Positions 9,444 to 19,364 of a stretch of 64,000 nt of DNA are shown in pieces. The notes beneath the pieces are model-generated. The model did no database searches. It had not been told where the DNA came from and saw only the letters and a list, made by a program, of their open reading frames with translations. Within the stretch, counting starts at the first letter, position 1, and every line of letters starts with the position of its first letter. Made by a program: the position numbers and the translations under genes. This DNA comes from Minisyncoccia bacterium (GTDB lineage: Bacteria; Patescibacteriota; Minisyncoccia; Phycocordibacterales; Phycocordibacteraceae), in the NCBI GenBank assembly GCA_038212075.1, contig JBBQUV010000001.1, forward strand, positions 35,200 to 99,199, written 5' to 3'.

Positions 9444-10181
9444 ATGAATATTGACGATCTCACAAAATCACAACTCCTTCTTCTCACCCTTCTGGTGAAC
9501 TTTGTGATGTCTATTGCGACCGGCATCGTAACCGTTTCTTTGCTCGACCAAGCGCCGGCAACCGTGACGCAAACGGTAAACCGTATTGTGGAGCATACGG
9601 TAGAAACAGTAACGCCAGATACAACAGGAAGCACGGCGACACAGCCATCCGAAGAAGATTTGCTTGTCTCTGCCATTTCCGGCGATAAGGCAAGAACAGT
9701 GTATGTATATGCAGAGGCGACTACGTCCCCTGCGCTCGCGCAAGGAATTTATCTTCCAAAGTCACGTGCGGTTATTGTGCTTGCTGATACCGTGCTTCCT
9801 AAAAATGCCATTGTGAGCTTTCCGAATGGTGCTATCGCACAAGTATCTATTTCGCGCGGTGACGATCAAATCATGATCTACGGGTTCAGCGACTCGGCGG
9901 CACTGCCGGCGGCGCCCGCTACAGTACTCCTTACGCCGCACGATTTGAAGCAGGGGCAAGCAACTATCGCCGTTATTCAAACTGGCGCCGCCGTTACTGG
10001 CATTGTTTCGCAAATCGATGGTAACAAAATAACGACGACACTTCCGCAAACACCACGCGGTGCGTCCGCAGTTTCACTTTCCGGTGGACTCGTTGGTATT
10101 AGTACCGGAGAGGCAAGTGTATACATTAGTGCACAACATATTAACGACCTGCTTTCGGGTCCTGCAACTTCCGGACTCTAA
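9444..10181 (+). CDS. Membrane-anchored degenerate trypsin-like protein
   Basis: DLTKSQLLLLTLLVNFVMSIATGIVTVSL N-terminus; AVTGIVS and GGLVGI remnants without a clear catalytic triad. Confidence 0.65.
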   Translation: MNIDDLTKSQLLLLTLLVNFVMSIATGIVTVSLLDQAPATVTQTVNRIVEHTVETVTPDTTGSTATQPSEEDLLVSAISGDKARTVYVYAEATTSPALAQGIYLPKSRAVIVLADTVLPKNAIVSFPNGAIAQVSISRGDDQIMIYGFSDSAALPAAPATVLLTPHDLKQGQATIAVIQTGAAVTGIVSQIDGNKITTTLPQTPRGASAVSLSGGLVGISTGEASVYISAQHINDLLSGPATSGL

Positions 10182-10241
10182 AACACGTAAATGATATACT
10201 AGGGGCACGTGCGGGCAGGAGAGTAATCATTTCATTTTCAT

Positions 10242-12926
10242 ATGCCGCCATTTAAGAATTTCACCACTAAAGCAAAAGAAGCCATTCGTAAGGCACACGA
10301 GCTCGCCATTGAGCGTGGGCAAAACCATGTGTCGCCGCTTCATCTTTTGACGGCGCTTATTCACCAAGAAGAAAGCTTGGTATTTTCCGTGCTCGACCAT
10401 ATGGAGATAGACACCATTCTTCTTGCGGACACTCTGCTTGAAACGCTTGAAGCTCCAGAAACATCCTCGGTTCTTTCACCGTCGTATCAGCTCTACCTCA
10501 CCCCAGACTTGGCGCAAGCACTTGAAGCTTCAGGAAAAGTGGCCGCAAGAATGAACGATCCTTTTGTAGGAACGGAACATTTGTTTGTCGCTATTCTTGA
10601 ACACCCGGGTCCTGCCGCAGATGTTCTTGGGCGTTTTCGTATTGACGAAGATACGGTACAGGCGGTGCTTAAAGAAATTAAATCAATGAAAGAAGGGCAG
10701 ACCGCTGAGCCGAAGCGTTTCCGTGCGCTTGCGAAATACACGCGCAATCTAACCAAGCTCGCAAGTGAAAATGCTCTTGACCCCGTTATTGGTCGTGATC
10801 AGGAAATCAACCGTGTGATTCAAATTCTTTCACGTCGCACGAAAAATAATCCGGTGCTTATTGGTGAAGCGGGCGTGGGCAAAACAGCCATCGCTGAAGG
10901 ACTTGCGGCACGTATTGTAGCGAACGACGTACCAGAATCACTGAAGTCAAAAGAATTGCTTTCGCTCGACATCGGTCTTCTTATTGCCGGTACCAAATAC
11001 CGCGGCGAGTTTGAAGAGCGAATGAAAAATGTAATGAAAGAAGTAGAGAAATCAGATGGGAAAGTTATTTTGTTTGTAGACGAGCTTCACACGCTTGTGG
11101 GTGCTGGCGCCGCAGAAGGCGCAATGGATGCTTCCAACATGCTTAAGCCCGCACTCGCGCGTGGTGAAATTCGTGTTATTGGTGCCACAACATTGAAGGA
11201 GTACCAAAAATATATTGAAAAAGACACCGCACTCACGCGCCGTTTTCAGTCGGTGTTTGTGCAGGAGCCAACGGTAGAGGATGCTGTTGCGATTTTGCGC
11301 GGTTTGCGCGACAAGTATGAACTTTTCCACGGCGTACGTATCACTGATGGCGCCATTGTTTCTGCCGTAGAGCTTTCAAGTCGTTACATTAGCGACCGCT
11401 TCCTCCCAGACAAAGCAATCGACCTTATTGATGAAGCCGCTTCAGGACTCCGTATCGCGCTTGAAAACAAACCGCCACTTCTTGAAGAAACCGATCGTAA
11501 AATCCGCCGTCTTGAAATTGAACGTCAGGCGCTTAAAAAAGATGAAAGCAGTTCTTCAGCAACGGTTGAAACAAAAGAAATAAAAGAACGGCTCAAAACC
11601 ATTAATACTGAAATCGCCGACTTGCGCGAAAAGACTTCAGAGCTAGAGCTTAAATGGAAGAATGAAAAGGAGGTACTGGATGGTATCCGGAAAGCAAAAA
11701 CCGAACTTGAAAAGCTGAAGAATCAGGCCGATGCCGCCGAATCATCGGCAGACCTTGGTACGGTCGCGGAAATTCGTTACGGCAAAATTCCTACGCTCCG
11801 CAAAGATTTGGAAACCAAAATGAAGCGGTTGAAAACACTACAGAAATCACGCCGCATTTTGCATGAAGAAGTAACCGAGCATGAAATTGCCGGCGTAGTG
11901 TCGCGCTGGACGGGTGTACCAGTTTCAAAAATGCTTGAAGAAGAAGCGTCGAAGCTTGCACGTATGGACGAAGAACTGCGCAAGGCGGTTATTGGTCAGG
12001 ACAAGGCACTTGAGATTGTTAGTAATGCAGTGAAGCGATCACGTGTTGGTATTGCCGATCCGAATCGCCCTATTGGCTCATTCCTCTTTATGGGGCCAAC
12101 GGGCGTGGGTAAAACCGAGCTTTCGCGTAAACTCGCGGAGTTTATGTTCAACGATATCGATGCACTGGTACGTGTGGACATGTCCGAGTTTATGGAAAAA
12201 CATTCGGTAGCCAAACTTATTGGTGCACCACCCGGATATGTAGGCTACGAAGAATCGGGCTCACTCACCGAGCGCATTCGTCACCGCCCGTATGCCGTTA
12301 TTCTTTTCGATGAAATTGAAAAGGCGCATCCCGAAGTCTTTAATATCTTGCTTCAAGTGCTTGATTCGGGACACCTCACTGATGGCAAGGGACGAAAGGT
12401 GAACTTCAAGAACACTATCATTGTGCTTACGAGCAACATTGGCGCAGAGTTTATTGACCGTATGGCGTCCATTGGGTTTGGTCACGGTGCTGCCGACGAA
12501 GCGGTGCAGTATGAACAGGTGAAAGAAAAAGTAATGCGCGCCTTGAAAGACCACTTCCGTCCGGAGTTTTTGAATCGCCTCGACGACATTGTTATTTTTG
12601 ACGTGCTTGCAAAAGAAGCGCTCGCAAAAATTGTGGAGGCACAGGTTGGGGAAGTTATTACCCGTCTTGAAACCAAACGTATTACGCTCGCTATTAGTCC
12701 CGAAGCTCGCGCATGGCTGGCTGAAAAGGGTTATAACCCGCAGTATGGCGCTCGCCCCTTGAAGCGACTCATCCAAGACAAAATCCTTACCCCTATTGCC
12801 ACGCTTATGGTGGGGCAGGGGATTATGGAGGGTGGTTCAGTGAGCGTGACGCTGAAGAATGGCGAGCTTCATTTTGACGTAAAGAAGAAGATGGCTACTC
12901 GCAGTCGTGTACTACAGACCGCGTAA
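10242..12926 (+). CDS. clpB: ATP-dependent chaperone ClpB
   Basis: Two AAA+ modules ([16 protein letters not shown]), LDPVIGR, long coiled-coil M domain. Confidence 0.95.
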   Translation: MPPFKNFTTKAKEAIRKAHELAIERGQNHVSPLHLLTALIHQEESLVFSVLDHMEIDTILLADTLLETLEAPETSSVLSPSYQLYLTPDLAQALEASGKVAARMNDPFVGTEHLFVAILEHPGPAADVLGRFRIDEDTVQAVLKEIKSMKEGQTAEPKRFRALAKYTRNLTKLASENALDPVIGRDQEINRVIQILSRRTKNNPVLIGEAGVGKTAIAEGLAARIVANDVPESLKSKELLSLDIGLLIAGTKYRGEFEERMKNVMKEVEKSDGKVILFVDELHTLVGAGAAEGAMDASNMLKPALARGEIRVIGATTLKEYQKYIEKDTALTRRFQSVFVQEPTVEDAVAILRGLRDKYELFHGVRITDGAIVSAVELSSRYISDRFLPDKAIDLIDEAASGLRIALENKPPLLEETDRKIRRLEIERQALKKDESSSSATVETKEIKERLKTINTEIADLREKTSELELKWKNEKEVLDGIRKAKTELEKLKNQADAAESSADLGTVAEIRYGKIPTLRKDLETKMKRLKTLQKSRRILHEEVTEHEIAGVVSRWTGVPVSKMLEEEASKLARMDEELRKAVIGQDKALEIVSNAVKRSRVGIADPNRPIGSFLFMGPTGVGKTELSRKLAEFMFNDIDALVRVDMSEFMEKHSVAKLIGAPPGYVGYEESGSLTERIRHRPYAVILFDEIEKAHPEVFNILLQVLDSGHLTDGKGRKVNFKNTIIVLTSNIGAEFIDRMASIGFGHGAADEAVQYEQVKEKVMRALKDHFRPEFLNRLDDIVIFDVLAKEALAKIVEAQVGEVITRLETKRITLAISPEARAWLAEKGYNPQYGARPLKRLIQDKILTPIATLMVGQGIMEGGSVSVTLKNGELHFDVKKKMATRSRVLQTA

Positions 12927-12943
12927 AGCTCCACTCACGCTAC

Positions 12944-13072
12944 CGATTTTGGAGCACGCGTCGTCCGGCCCAGCCGCCGGACGCGCTCGCTCTCGGCTTC
13001 GCAAATTCCGGCGCAGCCTCCCTCCGGCGCCGGAATTACCACGCTGCTTGCCTCCGAGAGTCTCCAAAATCG
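12944..13072. ncRNA. Orphan multi-branched GC-rich structured element
   Basis: 11-bp closing stem cgattttggag/ctccaaaatcg enclosing gtccggc/gccggac, ctctcgg/ccgagag and aattccggcgc/gcgccggaatt. Confidence 0.5.
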
Positions 13073-13122
13073 CCATCATTCCCTCCGTTGCGCAAATACC
13101 CGTTGTTTGTTAAAGTCCACGT

Positions 13123-13278
13123 ATGTCTCAGGATCAACTCATAAAACTCAAGTCCACGAAATCGGACTACATCTACTTTAGCCGTAAGAATCGCAAGAAA
13201 GTAGAGCGCAAGATTGAAGTCAAAAAGTATGACCCAACGCTCCGCAAACGAGTCACCTTTAAGGAAGTGAAGAAGTAG
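13123..13278 (+). CDS. rpmG: 50S ribosomal protein L33 (absent from ORF track)
   Basis: Manual translation MSQDQLIKLKSTKSDYIYFSRKNRKKVERKIEVKKYDPTLRKRVTFKEVKK. Confidence 0.93.
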   Translation: MSQDQLIKLKSTKSDYIYFSRKNRKKVERKIEVKKYDPTLRKRVTFKEVKK

Positions 13279-13305
13279 CAAAATCCGCCCGAAAGGGCGG
13301 TTTTG
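13279..13305 (+). terminator. Terminator after rpmG
   Basis: ccgccc-gaaa-gggcgg followed by tttt. Confidence 0.75.
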
Positions 13306-13322
13306 TGTTAAAATCCCCGCAC

Positions 13323-13396
13323 GGGTCCATCGTATAATGGTAGTACAGCGGCCTCCAAATCCGCTAGCGTAGGTTCGATTCCTACTGGGCCCGCCA
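13323..13396 (+). tRNA. tRNA-Trp(CCA), CCA end encoded
   Basis: GGGTCCA/TGGGCCC acceptor, loop CTCCAAA, GGTTCGATTCC. Confidence 0.93.
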
Positions 13397-13598
13397 ATGA
13401 GAAACGCCGGAAGGCGTTTTCTCTTTTGGTGGGCCCAAGCAGGCGTGGGGCGCCTGCGTGTAGGAATCGAATGCCGGAGCGCGACGGCGCGAGGCGGGGT
13501 CGCGGAATTTTCTAGCAAGAAAATATCCGTGACCGCAAAGCGGAACCGTAGAATCTACAGGATTTGATAAGCGTACTCGCGGTCCTGCTGGGCTCGCC
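13397..13598 (+). ncRNA. tRNA-Trp-associated antisense structured element (copy 2)
   Basis: TGGTGGGCCCA-[AGCAGGCGTGGGGCGCCTGCGT]-GTAGGAATCGAA (13427-13471); ends GATAAGCGTACTCGCGG-TCCTGCTGGGCTCGCC. Confidence 0.8.
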
Positions 13599-13647
13599 CT
13601 TGTGGGCAACCTACATCTCTTCAGATTTTGTGAGCTACAATATACAT

Positions 13648-14784
13648 ATGCGTGACTACAGGGCTCATATTTTCACACTCGCGTTTGCTGTCGTGCTCAT
13701 TATTCCATTCTTCGCCTTTGGCGCAGTGACCGATCCCGGTAGCTCCGGCTGGTCTATTGTCCCCAAGGAATGTAATTGCCCTCCGGCAAGTGATTCTGCG
13801 CAAGCGGCTGGATGGGGTTGTGTGCTCAAGGTTGTGGCAAATCTGATTCAGTTCGCAATCTATCTTAGTATTACTATTTCTGTACTAATGTTCGCCTATG
13901 CCGGCTTCCTTTGGGTGTTGAATCCCATAAATCCGGAAAATCGCGCGGCGGGAAGGAAGATATTAATGAATGCCGCCATCGGACTTCTCATTACACTTTC
14001 TGCGTGGCTTATCGTGAACACCCTTCTTATTGCACTTGGCGCTAATATTGACGGACAGGGCGGTATTGCTGGCACAACAAAACTACTTAGCGGCGGCTCT
14101 GACTGCACAAAGGGTGATCCGCTTGTAAATAATGGTGGAACGCTTGGAGGCGGTGGTGGAGACACAACAACGCCACCTGGCGGATGTCCATCTGGTCAAC
14201 AGTGTTCTGCAACCACCAAGACTTGTGAATACAAGACAACGACCACCATAACGTGTGGTGATAAAACGTGTGGAAAAAATGAAACCTGTGACGCAACAGC
14301 GAAAACGTGTACGCCTCCACAAGCCTGCACGCCACCCGCGGAAACTGGTAGTGGTGCCAATTGTCCTGCGGCGGCTCCTTCAGCAATGGTCGCGCTCCCA
14401 TCAGGAGATGTCGTTGGAGGAACTGGACTTGCTACGCCGGCAACTGTTCAAAACTACATTGCTATGCGCGCAGCAGCGCTACAAGCAGGATTTGACTTGA
14501 AAGTTTCTAGCGCTTATCGCTCAGATGCAACACAGGTTCAATTATGGAATCAATACTGTTCGTCTGGTACCTGCGGTGCCACAAAAGTGGCGAAGCCCTG
14601 CTCGCTCGGAGGAAATGGATCAAACCATAATTCTGGAGAAGCTCTTGATTTGACTGACGGATGTCATAATGGACAGAGCTGCAGTAGTCCAGCCTATAAC
14701 TGGTTGAAGACAAATGGAGGACGATGGAATTTTAGAAACGCTGTGCCCACTGACCCTGTGCACTGGTCACCGGACGGCCACTAG
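13648..14784 (+). CDS. Pilin-like N-terminus, Cys-rich linker and M15B/VanY D,D-carboxypeptidase domain
   Basis: YAGFLWV...GRKILMNAAIG; SAYRS, SNHNSGEALD, DPVHWS. Confidence 0.8.
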   Translation: MRDYRAHIFTLAFAVVLIIPFFAFGAVTDPGSSGWSIVPKECNCPPASDSAQAAGWGCVLKVVANLIQFAIYLSITISVLMFAYAGFLWVLNPINPENRAAGRKILMNAAIGLLITLSAWLIVNTLLIALGANIDGQGGIAGTTKLLSGGSDCTKGDPLVNNGGTLGGGGGDTTTPPGGCPSGQQCSATTKTCEYKTTTTITCGDKTCGKNETCDATAKTCTPPQACTPPAETGSGANCPAAAPSAMVALPSGDVVGGTGLATPATVQNYIAMRAAALQAGFDLKVSSAYRSDATQVQLWNQYCSSGTCGATKVAKPCSLGGNGSNHNSGEALDLTDGCHNGQSCSSPAYNWLKTNGGRWNFRNAVPTDPVHWSPDGH

Positions 14785-15644
14785 CGCGCCGAATGAAGTT
14801 TGCGTACCCATGCTTTTTGGCGCCGAGCGTAGTGCCACAAGCGTGAAGACAGTGTAGGAAGAAGGGAGGCTTCCATACGTTCACCTCGCAGGTATTCACC
14901 AATTACTTTGTACTCAAGTCCCAGCTCGTTCAGGCGTGTGTCGCCCACGTATTCGCGAACTCGCCGCACTTCGTCAACAAGGCCTTGTGACAGTGCCTTT
15001 TCAAGACGTATCCCAATGCGCTTACGCAATTCTTCTGACGGTGGATTTATTACTATCCATTCAATTGCGTAATCTTCGCGCGCCTTTGGCGCGCGTTCCG
15101 GTACCACCCCGTGCACTGCCGCTATTTCAAGCGCGCGAATAAGTCGCCGCCGATTCCTGGGGTCAAGAACCTTTGCACGGTTAGGATCAACAGCAGAAAG
15201 TCGCGCAAAGAGATCCGCACCAGACACCTGTTCAAGCTCCGCGCGAAGTGCATCATTTTTGTCGGTGCCTTCAGGTAGTCCGTAGAGAAGTGCGTCAAAG
15301 TAAAAATGGCTTCCACCGACAAGAATGGGAAGGTTGCCACGTGCGGTGATTTCCGTAATTAATCGTTCTGCATCTTTCACAAAATCACCTGCACTGTATG
15401 GATTTTTTGGGTCACGAATATCAATAAGGTGGTGGGGCACACCTTGCATTTCATTTGGGGTGATTTTTTCAGTGCCAATATCAAGGGTTGTATAGATTTG
15501 CCGACTATCAACAGAAATAATCTCACCATTGCGGGCGAGTGCTTCAGAGACTGCTCGTGATGACTTTCCTGAGGCGGTTGGCCCCGCGATGCAGAGAATC
15601 TTCAATTGGTCGGCCACTGGCCAGAATGGTATCATAGGCACCAC
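14781..15644 (-). CDS. miaA: tRNA dimethylallyltransferase (start uncertain)
   Basis: GPTASGKS, EIISVDSRQIY, LDIGTEK, PHHLID, YARRQ. Confidence 0.95.
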   Translation of the reverse strand: MVPMIPFWPVADQLKILCIAGPTASGKSSRAVSEALARNGEIISVDSRQIYTTLDIGTEKITPNEMQGVPHHLIDIRDPKNPYSAGDFVKDAERLITEITARGNLPILVGGSHFYFDALLYGLPEGTDKNDALRAELEQVSGADLFARLSAVDPNRAKVLDPRNRRRLIRALEIAAVHGVVPERAPKAREDYAIEWIVINPPSEELRKRIGIRLEKALSQGLVDEVRRVREYVGDTRLNELGLEYKVIGEYLRGERMEASLLPTLSSRLWHYARRQKAWVRKLHSAR

Positions 15645-15658
15645 TAACCGACATTCCT

Positions 15659-16324
15659 ATGAATAAAGAAACGAAAAGCAACTATTGTGAGCATTGCGGT
15701 GATTTTCACGACGAAATGCCGAGCGAGCACCACTGTTTTGTCCGCATTGGCGGTACGGTGCCTGACTACGAATTTGAAGCATTTGTGGGTGGGGAAGCAA
15801 AGCGAATGAAGTTTTCGGACTTTCGTGGCAAGTGGCTTGCGGTAGTGTTTTATCCCGCCGACTTCACCTTTGTGTGTCCCACAGAGCTTGAAGACCTTGC
15901 AAAACTCTATCCTGAATTTAAAAAGATAAACGCAGAAATTCTTTCATTTTCAACGGACACGGTGTTCACCCACAAGGCATGGCACGATACCTCGCCAGCT
16001 ATTAAGCAAATTGAATATCCGATGGGTTCTGACCCAGCAGGAAAAATTTCCTACGCTTTTGGCACCTTGGTTGAAGGCGGTGACATGGCACTCACGGTAG
16101 ACGAAGGGTTGTCACTGCGTGGTTCGTTCATCGTTGATCCAACAGGTGTGCTTCGTACGATTGAAATTCATGATAATTCCATTGGACGTTCCGCAAAAGA
16201 AACACTGCGCAAACTGCACGCGGCGCAATTTGTAGATGCGCATCCGGGCAATGTATGTCCAGCATCATGGGAACCGGGTGGTGACACTCTTGAACCCGGC
16301 ATGGATTTGGTTGGGAAAATCTAA
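15659..16324 (+). CDS. ahpC: 2-Cys peroxiredoxin
   Basis: FYPADFTFVCPTE and VCPASW. Confidence 0.93.
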   Translation: MNKETKSNYCEHCGDFHDEMPSEHHCFVRIGGTVPDYEFEAFVGGEAKRMKFSDFRGKWLAVVFYPADFTFVCPTELEDLAKLYPEFKKINAEILSFSTDTVFTHKAWHDTSPAIKQIEYPMGSDPAGKISYAFGTLVEGGDMALTVDEGLSLRGSFIVDPTGVLRTIEIHDNSIGRSAKETLRKLHAAQFVDAHPGNVCPASWEPGGDTLEPGMDLVGKI

Positions 16325-16395
16325 ACATATCGCGGCGGCCACTGGCCGCCGCGACTGTTTAAAAAAACACATAAATAGAGTACGATGCCAAATAC

Positions 16396-16476
16396 GCCGG
16401 GGTGGCGAAATGGTATACGCAAGGGATTCAAAACCCCTCGCCGCAAGGCATGAGAGTTCAAGTCTCTCCCCCGGCA
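16396..16476 (+). tRNA. tRNA-Leu(CAA)
   Basis: GCCGGGG/CCCCGGC acceptor, loop TTCAAAA, long variable arm. Confidence 0.95.
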
Positions 16477-16519
16477 CTAGAAAACTTTGCATGTAGTGCG
16501 TGATACAATCTCTGTAATT

Positions 16520-17503
16520 ATGGATGCGGTGAAATATCAGGAACCAACGCGCTACGACTCTGTCTACTGGGTAGACACCGAGCGTATTAAGCCAAACCCG
16601 TACCAGCCGCGTAAAGAATTTGATGAAGAGCATTTGAAGTCGCTCGCTGAATCTATTCGTCAGTACGGGATTCTTCAGCCACTTACGGTCACGCGAATGG
16701 AAGTGTCTAAAGAAGATGGAGGCCTGCAAAGCGAATACGAACTTATTGCCGGTGAGCGTCGTCTTCGCGCGGCAAAATTGATTGGACTACGCCAAGTGCC
16801 CGTGGTTATTCGCCAAGGCGAACAGTCAAGCAAAATGAAGCTAGAGCTTGCGATTATTGAGAACCTTCAGCGCGAAGATTTAAATGCGATTGATCGCTCC
16901 AAAGCGCTTGCTCAGCTCGCAACTGAATTTGGACTTACGCACGCAGAAATCGGCGCAAAAGTAGGGAAGAGCCGTGAATTTGTGAGTAACTCTATTCGTC
17001 TTCTTGGGCTTCCCGAAGAAATTCAGCAAGCGGTGGTTGGAAAAGAAATTTCAGAAGGGCACGCCCGTGCACTCCTGATGTTGAACAATCGACCGGAAGA
17101 AATGAAGACACTTTTCCGCGATATGGTGCTCAGAAAAACCTCGGTTCGTATGGCAGAACAGCTTGCACGTCGTATCGCACAGGACAAAATTAGGAAGCAC
17201 AACAAAACACCGGAAATGATGGAGATTGAAAAATCTCTTACGGAAACACTTGGTACGCGTGTGGTTATTGAAAACCGCCCACAAGGCGGCCGTCTCCTTA
17301 TTGAATTTTTCTCTCCCGAAGACCTTTCCAATATCATTGCCGCGTTTGCCGCAAAAGAAGAAGAAGCCGTTGCGCAGATTGTGGGCCCGGAAGCACAAGC
17401 CGCAAGCGACGCTGAAACAAGTGCGCAAGAAACAGCAACTGCACCAGTGGTTTCAGACAAACCAGAAGAAGATTTGTATTCGGTGAGTAATTTTAGCGTC
17501 TAG
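16520..17503 (+). CDS. parB: ParB/Spo0J partition protein
   Basis: PNPYQPRK, GILQP, IAGERRLRA, IENLQREDL, SEGHARAL. Confidence 0.93.
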   Translation: MDAVKYQEPTRYDSVYWVDTERIKPNPYQPRKEFDEEHLKSLAESIRQYGILQPLTVTRMEVSKEDGGLQSEYELIAGERRLRAAKLIGLRQVPVVIRQGEQSSKMKLELAIIENLQREDLNAIDRSKALAQLATEFGLTHAEIGAKVGKSREFVSNSIRLLGLPEEIQQAVVGKEISEGHARALLMLNNRPEEMKTLFRDMVLRKTSVRMAEQLARRIAQDKIRKHNKTPEMMEIEKSLTETLGTRVVIENRPQGGRLLIEFFSPEDLSNIIAAFAAKEEEAVAQIVGPEAQAASDAETSAQETATAPVVSDKPEEDLYSVSNFSV

Positions 17504-19122
17504 CCTTTTGATTCCTTTTGTTTTCTTGGTGCACGTTTCTTTTCTTTCGGACTTTTAACGATAGCGTTTCCGGTAATGACGCCAATGTCTGCAGGATCAA
17601 GACGCATGCGTATATGCCGTCGCGCGAGCGATGTTTTTGCGTAATCAAGCCATTTTTTTGTTGGGTGTGCAGAATCGCGCGTCATAATATCTACCTGGTC
17701 ACCATTCCTAAGTTTGGTATCAAGCGAAACCAATTTCCCATTCACTTTTGCACCGTTCATGTGGTCGCCAAGATCGCTGTGAATGGCATAGGCAAAATCT
17801 ACGGGTGTGGATTCATAAGGAAGGTCAATGGCGTCTCCTCGGGGAGTAAATACAAACACGCGATGGGAAAAGAAATCTTCTTTGAGTCCATCCACAAATT
17901 CTTTTGAACCTGCCTGTTGGGCGTGTGCGTCGGCAAGCTCCGTAATCCACTGGGGAATGTCGTGCGCTTCTTTTGGTACCGGCGCGGCAGTAGCTACTGC
18001 CGGTTTTTTGGAAAAGTTAAGCAGTGACGGAACAAGGTCGCGCATCCATGAAAGTGACAAGCGTCCATAGGCGCTTTTTGGCGCTTCCTTTCCAAGGGTT
18101 TTGTATGACATGTGGGAGGCAATACCAAATTGCGCCCGGCGATGCATTTCTTCAGTGCGCACCTGCATTTCTACAATACCCGCTTCTGGTGTAAGCAGGG
18201 TGGTGTGGAGTGAGCGATACCCGTTTGGTTTAGGAAACGCAACGTAGTCTTTAAATTCACCCGGCATTGGCTTCCAGAGTGAATGAATGACGCCAAGAGT
18301 GCTGTAGCAGTCTTCTATTGTTGGAACAATAACGCGCAGTGCCGCAATGTCGTGGATTTTCGTAATGTCATCGTGTTTGCGTTTCAGTTTTTGGTGCAAA
18401 CTCCAAAGACCTTTTGTGCGAATCTCGGTACGAAATGCGGTAATGCCACGCTTTGCGAGTTCTTTTTGGAGTGTCTTCTGAATTTTAACAAGGCCTTCTT
18501 CCGTTTCTTTCTTTGCAAGTTTTTGCACTTCAATGGTGTGCGCATAGGCATCAGGGTCAACATGGGGGAAGGCGAGGTCTTCAAGGGTTTTCTTAATGCG
18601 CCCCATACCTAAACGATCGGCAATGGGTGCGTAAATTTCCAAGGTTTCAATAGCAATACGTTTTCGTTTTAGTTCTGGAACGTGCTCAAGCGTTTCCATA
18701 TTATGAAAGCGGTCAATGAGTTTAATGATGAGCACACGGATGTCGGCAGACGTAGCAACGAGTAGTCGGCGGAGTGATTCTGCGTGGCGCTCCGCGCCAC
18801 GATATTTGTGTTTACCAAGCTTAGTAACACCCTCAACGAGAAACAGTACGTCCTTACCAAAATCTTTTTCTACCTGTTCAGGTGTTGCCATACCGTCTTC
18901 AATGGCGTCGTGGAGAAGCCCTGCCGCAACGGTATGTGAATCCATGCCAAGAATTGCAAGGTGTTTTGCAACGGCGGATGGATGAATAAAATACGGTTCG
19001 CCGGAAAATCGTTTGTGGTCTTTGTGCGCCGTTTCAGCAAAGATATATGCCTTTTCTACGAGCGCAATATCTTCAGGAGTTGCGCCGTGCAGTTCCGTCA
19101 CGATTTCCTTGACGGTGGTCAT
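17500..19122 (-). CDS. RelA/SpoT (p)ppGpp synthetase/hydrolase (HD-synthetase-TGS)
   Basis: RFSGEPYFIHP, LHDAIED, YAPIADRLG, PKPNGYRSLHT, TPVDFAYAIH. Confidence 0.95.
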   Translation of the reverse strand: MTTVKEIVTELHGATPEDIALVEKAYIFAETAHKDHKRFSGEPYFIHPSAVAKHLAILGMDSHTVAAGLLHDAIEDGMATPEQVEKDFGKDVLFLVEGVTKLGKHKYRGAERHAESLRRLLVATSADIRVLIIKLIDRFHNMETLEHVPELKRKRIAIETLEIYAPIADRLGMGRIKKTLEDLAFPHVDPDAYAHTIEVQKLAKKETEEGLVKIQKTLQKELAKRGITAFRTEIRTKGLWSLHQKLKRKHDDITKIHDIAALRVIVPTIEDCYSTLGVIHSLWKPMPGEFKDYVAFPKPNGYRSLHTTLLTPEAGIVEMQVRTEEMHRRAQFGIASHMSYKTLGKEAPKSAYGRLSLSWMRDLVPSLLNFSKKPAVATAAPVPKEAHDIPQWITELADAHAQQAGSKEFVDGLKEDFFSHRVFVFTPRGDAIDLPYESTPVDFAYAIHSDLGDHMNGAKVNGKLVSLDTKLRNGDQVDIMTRDSAHPTKKWLDYAKTSLARRHIRMRLDPADIGVITGNAIVKSPKEKKRAPRKQKESKG

Positions 19123-19172
19123 GGTATATAGGATACTCGTATTCCGTAGGAGCTGCAAACAAAGAGGACACA

Positions 19173-19364
19173 ATGCGCGTATGCACGTACTGCGGGTACA
19201 CGGTGGACAGACCTTGTTCCGCCGCGGAAGACCCGCAAACTGCCAAAGAAAGCTGTGTCGAAAGACGCAGAGTGAAAAAAGTTCCCGAACCTGAAAGGGT
19301 TCCAAAAAAACGCCGCAAAGCGGCGAGAGCGACGACCCGAAAACGGCGTCGCTTTTTATTTTAG
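19173..19364 (+). CDS. Possible small Cys-rich, basic-tailed protein
   Basis: GAGGA SD, CTYC...C...C and Arg/Lys-rich tail; fills the relA-topA gap. Confidence 0.4.
   Translation: MRVCTYCGYTVDRPCSAAEDPQTAKESCVERRRVKKVPEPERVPKKRRKAARATTRKRRRFLF
19326..19357. terminator. Terminator-like hairpin at the topA 3' end
   Basis: agcgacg...cgtcgct followed by a T run. Confidence 0.55.

Noticed and set aside
13397-13598. T-box riboswitch or simple terminator as explanation for the tRNA-trailing elements
   Set aside because: T-boxes lie upstream of genes and pair only 4 nt with NCCA. Here ~20 nt of tRNA-specific complement lie downstream of the tRNA, with no T-box consensus.
13036-13609. Minus-strand ORFs of 160 and 75 aa
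   Set aside because: They overlap rpmG, tRNA-Trp and the structured element; GC-rich shadow frames.
19123-19305. N-terminal extension of RelA/SpoT in the ORF track
   Set aside because: Homology-like sequence begins at MTTVKEI (19122), which has its own -10-like box just upstream.
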